A stretch of DNA of 64,000 bases from a virus (taxonomy: Duplodnaviria > Caudoviricetes): the IMG/VR virus record IMGVR_UViG_3300016486_001578; one strand, 5' to 3'. The position numbers and the translations under genes are program-made. The notes beneath the pieces were generated by a model. That model was given only the letters and a program-made list of their open reading frames with translations. It was not told the DNA's origin and did not search any database. Below are positions 60,046 to 64,000 of the stretch, one piece after another. The stretch's first letter is position 1. Each line of letters opens with the position of its first letter.

Positions 60046-60103
60046 ATTATTAATTAAACTATATTCCTTATATTCTGTATAACTCATAAATAATAATACC
60101 TAT

Positions 60104-60937
60104 ATGTCATTTAAGAAAGATTTGTTAAAATTTAAACCGAGGAAAACTCAAAGAGATACAATGGAGTTTATAGATCAAAGGTATAAAGAAAATCCATTGA
60201 GTAAGTTTTTCTTACTAAATTTGCCCGTTGGTAGTGGCAAATCACACTTGGCTATAATGATTACTGATTGGTATAGAAAGAATGTGAATAGAACAGCCAA
60301 AATAGATGTTATCACAAACAGCAAATTATTACAAGATCAATACTCCGACACATATGATTCTATTTCTGATTTGAAAGGAAAGGATAACTATGATTGTAAG
60401 AACTATTCTTGTTCTTGCGCACAAGGTTCTGAATTCAATAGACTCAATAAAACCAAATGTGATGATTGTCCTTATACGTATGCCAGGGAGGGATTTATGA
60501 GTGGTGGTATATCACTTACTAATTTTTATTTGTATATTTTATATTCGATGTATAATCAAAAATTAATGGAGAGTAGGGGAGCCAAAGTACTTATTGTTGA
60601 TGAATGTCTACACCCATCAACTTTGATAACAATGAGTGATGGCACCAAAAAGAGAATAGATTGTGTATCTATTGGTGATAGCCTATTGACTATTAATGAA
60701 TCTACAAAAAAAATAGAAGAAAAAAAAGTCAAAAAATTACACAAAAATTTAAATAAAGGGACACAAATGTATGAGGTTGTTATGGAAAATGGTGATCTTT
60801 TAAAGATAACAGGCAATCATAAAGTAAAATTAATAAATGGCGATTGGAAAAAGGTAGAGGATCTAAATAGAAGTGATGAAATTTTATATATAAAAGAAAC
60901 CGAATCCCATGACTTTGACAACAACGGAGATAGATGA
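60104..60937 (+). CDS. DinG/XPD-like helicase N-terminal half fused to an intein N-fragment (60605-60937)
   Basis: Q motif PRKTQ; LPVGSGKS; Cys cluster; LIVDE|CLHPSTLITMSDG...ITGNHKV...WKKVEDL. Confidence 0.85.
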   Translation: MSFKKDLLKFKPRKTQRDTMEFIDQRYKENPLSKFFLLNLPVGSGKSHLAIMITDWYRKNVNRTAKIDVITNSKLLQDQYSDTYDSISDLKGKDNYDCKNYSCSCAQGSEFNRLNKTKCDDCPYTYAREGFMSGGISLTNFYLYILYSMYNQKLMESRGAKVLIVDECLHPSTLITMSDGTKKRIDCVSIGDSLLTINESTKKIEEKKVKKLHKNLNKGTQMYEVVMENGDLLKITGNHKVKLINGDWKKVEDLNRSDEILYIKETESHDFDNNGDR

Positions 60938-61786
60938 TATATATGATTTTATAGTATCTAATAAAAGTAAATTTATTTATAAAAAATTTAATAAATTAAA
61001 AGCCTTGAATAATTTGGTGGCCGATTTTGGTATATCATTTAAATCAATAGATCATTGCTTTGATTATCTAACTAACCACTGGGATAAAAAGTGTAAATAT
61101 CATAAATGTAACATAGATAGAAAAATAATTGGTTTCGTAGATAGAAAAGAGTTCAATGATTGTGTTATAAAATATGGTATTTATAAACATTGTGGGATGG
61201 GTTGTAGTAGAAAAAATATGTCAGAATCACAGATGGGTTTGGGTAATACATCACATAGGATGTCCAAGGAGACTAGATTAATATCTCATAAAAAACAATC
61301 TATTAAGATGAAAGAAAATATAAGGACGGGTAAATTTATTCCAAGTATAACTAATAGTTGGTCTAATTCAAGATGTAGTATATCCTTTATTAGAAAAGGT
61401 ATAAAAATAAATATAAAAACAAGATCGAGTTTGGAAGCATATTTCCAATTAATTAATACTGATTTTTTATACGAGAAATTAGTAATACAATATAAACTCA
61501 ATGGTATAAAATATAATTATATTATTGATTTTGTCGACCATATAAATAAAAATATTTATGAAATAAAACCAGATTCTGAAATAAGTACAAAAAAAATAAA
61601 GCAAAATTTAGATGGGCCAGAAAATGGGCCAAAACCAATGGTTATAATTTTACTATAATAGGTAATAAATGGTTTTATGATAATTATAGACAAGATATAG
61701 TTATTGATCAACCATGTGAAGATAAGTTAATTAAAAATTTAAAACAATTTAATGAAAATAAGAAGTATAAAAAAGATAGATTATAA
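60909..61786 (+). CDS. TnsA-like PD-(D/E)XK endonuclease between the intein halves (poly-A frameshift near 61590)
   Basis: RSSLEAYF, YEKLVIQY, YIIDF, IYEIKP; the shifted frame continues KAKFRWARKWAKTNGYNFTII. Confidence 0.7.
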
Positions 61787-63016
61787 TGAAGATGTTTATA
61801 ATCTACATGTAGAGGATAATCATAATTATTTTGCAAATAACCATTGTGTTAGTAATTGTCACACCTTTGATGATGTTATGTCTAGTTTTATATCAATAAA
61901 TATTTCAAAGAACTTAATAAAGAAGTTTAAATTTTCTAATGAATATGATATTCTGAAGGGTTTGTCCGCAATAAATAATATAACAGATGCTTCTAATTTT
62001 TTGAAATATTTAAATAGTGAGATATTACAAACTATGGATGATATGGAAAATGGATTACATAGTGTTAAGAGAATGTGGCAGAAACCAAAAGAGATTTAAA
62101 AATATCAAATTTAATAAAATCTAAAAACTCTGATGTAAAAGATTATGCAATTAATAACTGATCTTAAGCAATTTCACTTAAAAATAGAAGTCTTCTTAAA
62201 AGAATTTAAAGATAATCCAAATAATTGGGTTGTTGAGAAATCATATAATAATAAAACAAGACAGAGTGAATTTTCAATTGAACCAATTTGGGCTTATGAT
62301 TATTTAGATAAATATGTATTTAGTAACTATGATATGGTATTTTTGATGTCTGGTACTATCCTTGATAAAAATCTTTTTTGTCAATTAAATGGATTGGATG
62401 CTTCTAAGTCTGTATACTATTCTATACCATCACCATTTAATGTAAAACATAGGCCAATTTTTTATATGCCATTAGGTAAGATGTCCTATAAGAAAAAGGA
62501 AGATACATTTAAAACATATATTCCTTATATAAAAAATTATTATCAAAATATAAAGGTAAAAAGGGAATAATACACACAAACTCATTTGAGTTATCTAATT
62601 GGATAGAAAAGAGTATAAAAGACCCAAGGTTAGTATTTCATGATTCGTCTAATAAAGATGAAATTTTAAAAATGCACAAAGAATCAGACGAAGATACCGT
62701 TATAGTTTCTCCCTCTATGAATACTGGTGTGTCTTTTGATGATGATACTGCTAGGTTCCAAATTATTGCTAAGGTTCCTTATCCATCATTAGCTTCACAA
62801 AAGAATAAATTGAGACAAAAGAATAATCCAGAGTGGTATTCTTGGAAAACATCCTCTGTACTACAACAATCTTGTGGAAGAATAGTTAGGTCCGGTTTAG
62901 ATTATGGTGATACTATAATTATAGATGAATCTTTTGGTGATGTTATCAGATATAGCTCACATTTTTTACCTGAATGGTTCCAAGAATCTATTAAGTCTGT
63001 AAAGGTTAAGAAATAA
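61752..63016 (+). CDS. Intein C-fragment (61752-61856) plus helicase C-terminal half (frameshifts near 62070, 62140 and 62535)
   Basis: MKIRSIKKIDYNEDVYNLHVEDNHNYFANNHCVSN|CHTFDD; LMSGTI, SPF, GIIHT, SPSMNTGVSF, KVPYP, QSCGRIVRS..DYG. Confidence 0.8.
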
Positions 63017-63481
63017 TTATTTTTTAACCTCAAAGGTTAAATCAATTGAAGACATCCAACTAATCGATTCTTTGGATAGTGTCTTTATATAACTACTCAT
63101 AACATCAACATTTTTTAACCAGACCCCATTATTTTTGTGTATATAAATATTAGATAGTAAACATTTATTTCTATTTTCAAAATGATTAATTGCGAATTCT
63201 AATTCTTCATAAAAATCATCACCAAAGTTAAATTCTGTGTTTTTGGTCGGCTCCCTTCTAATTTCTAGACTTATTTTTATACCATTATATGGTTTTCTAG
63301 GGTCAGTTTGTGTTTTCTGTAGATACTTTGGATCTTTTATTATATTTTTATCACCCATGGATAAAGCATTTATCAAGTTTATGTTATGAAACATCAAACC
63401 AAAATCTTGTATAGTTAAAAATATATCTTTAACATCATCAAAGTTCATATTAAAATTTTCAAATAATTTAATATATTTCAT
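63017..63481 (-). CDS. Hypothetical protein with capsid-targeting-like N-terminus
   Basis: MKYIKLFENF. Confidence 0.6.
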   Translation of the reverse strand: MKYIKLFENFNMNFDDVKDIFLTIQDFGLMFHNINLINALSMGDKNIIKDPKYLQKTQTDPRKPYNGIKISLEIRREPTKNTEFNFGDDFYEELEFAINHFENRNKCLLSNIYIHKNNGVWLKNVDVMSSYIKTLSKESISWMSSIDLTFEVKK

Positions 63482-63681
63482 TATTCAACTAAATCATCGC
63501 CCCAGATTTTCTTTTTCATTTCTGTGTCGTTTCCCTCTTCATCTGTTGAATCATCTTCGATCTCCTCATCTGAATTTTCGATATCCTCTATGTGATTAAA
63601 ATCATCTATACCTTCCTCATTTTCATCATCTTCGGAAAAATTTCCTAAGTCAAATTTTTCAAATCTTTTAAGGTATCGCAT
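63481..63681 (-). CDS. Small highly acidic protein with capsid-targeting-like N-terminus
   Basis: MRYLKRFEKF followed by a D/E-rich body. Confidence 0.6.
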   Translation of the reverse strand: MRYLKRFEKFDLGNFSEDDENEEGIDDFNHIEDIENSDEEIEDDSTDEEGNDTEMKKKIWGDDLVE

Positions 63682-63755
63682 GGTCTTTTTGGGCTTTTTT
63701 ATTATATATTAAATAAAAAAAGATTTTTTCAAGTTTTGTGATAAATATATAGTAT

Positions 63756-64000
63756 ATGGATAATAAAATTTACAAAACAGAAGATTATTTTAGATATAAT
63801 AAAATATCTCAAGAATTTATAGAATCATTAGACTCTTATATAATAAAAGAATCCAAAGAAAATGTTAGTAAGTCTGTAATAGAAAAAGTTATTAGTGATT
63901 TAAAACTTAATCTAAATTTGGTTGGTGTCTTTGGTAGTGGCATTGGTGCTTTTTATCCAATTGTTGATGCTTTAATAAAAGGTATTAATATAGATGCGAA
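63756..64000 (+). CDS. Hypothetical protein (runs out of window)
   Basis: Open frame MDNKIYKTEDYF... to the window end. Confidence 0.55.
   Translation, partial: MDNKIYKTEDYFRYNKISQEFIESLDSYIIKESKENVSKSVIEKVISDLKLNLNLVGVFGSGIGAFYPIVDALIKGINIDA

Noticed and set aside
62060-62560. Programmed frameshifting or true pseudogenisation of the helicase (also breaks at about 1575, 10070, 49940 and 61590)
   Set aside because: Several breaks fall in A/T runs across unrelated genes with otherwise intact motifs. Sequencing indels are the simpler explanation, and reads are needed to decide.
1-64000. Alternative genetic code (TAG or TGA readthrough), as in some large phages
   Set aside because: Long genes are intact in code 11, TAG and TGA end genes at sensible positions, no suppressor tRNA is seen, and most breaks are frame changes at homopolymers.

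Overview
This very AT-rich window comes from a large T4-like (jumbo) tailed phage and uses the standard genetic code. The host is most likely Bacteroidota, based on TTTG-N19/20-TAnnTTTG promoters, a DUF4468-like protein and a T9SS-cargo-like protein. Structural genes include the 3' part of a gp23-type major capsid gene, a 2045-aa virion protein and a tape-measure-like gene. Replication and nucleotide genes include the N-terminal half of a split family B DNA polymerase, a DinG-like helicase broken by a probable naturally split intein, thyA with fragments and a Dam methylase. Mobile elements include several free-standing homing endonucleases, an intact IS605 (tnpA/tnpB) and a tnpB right-end remnant. 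The window also holds a tmRNA, tRNAs and many small proteins that share a T4 capsid-targeting-like N-terminus. The most striking feature is at 45.5-48.3 kb. A Leu/Arg-only tRNA cluster, including non-canonical tRNAs, and a minimal leucyl-tRNA synthetase (no CP1 editing domain, no C-terminal domain) each sit behind their own leader-peptide transcription attenuator (LSLRSLLLR and LLLLL leaders). This looks like a phage circuit that senses shortage of charged Leu/Arg tRNA and switches on replacements. Several frameshifts in homopolymer runs suggest sequencing errors, so single frameshifts are treated cautiously. All family assignments come from motif recognition by eye, not database searches.
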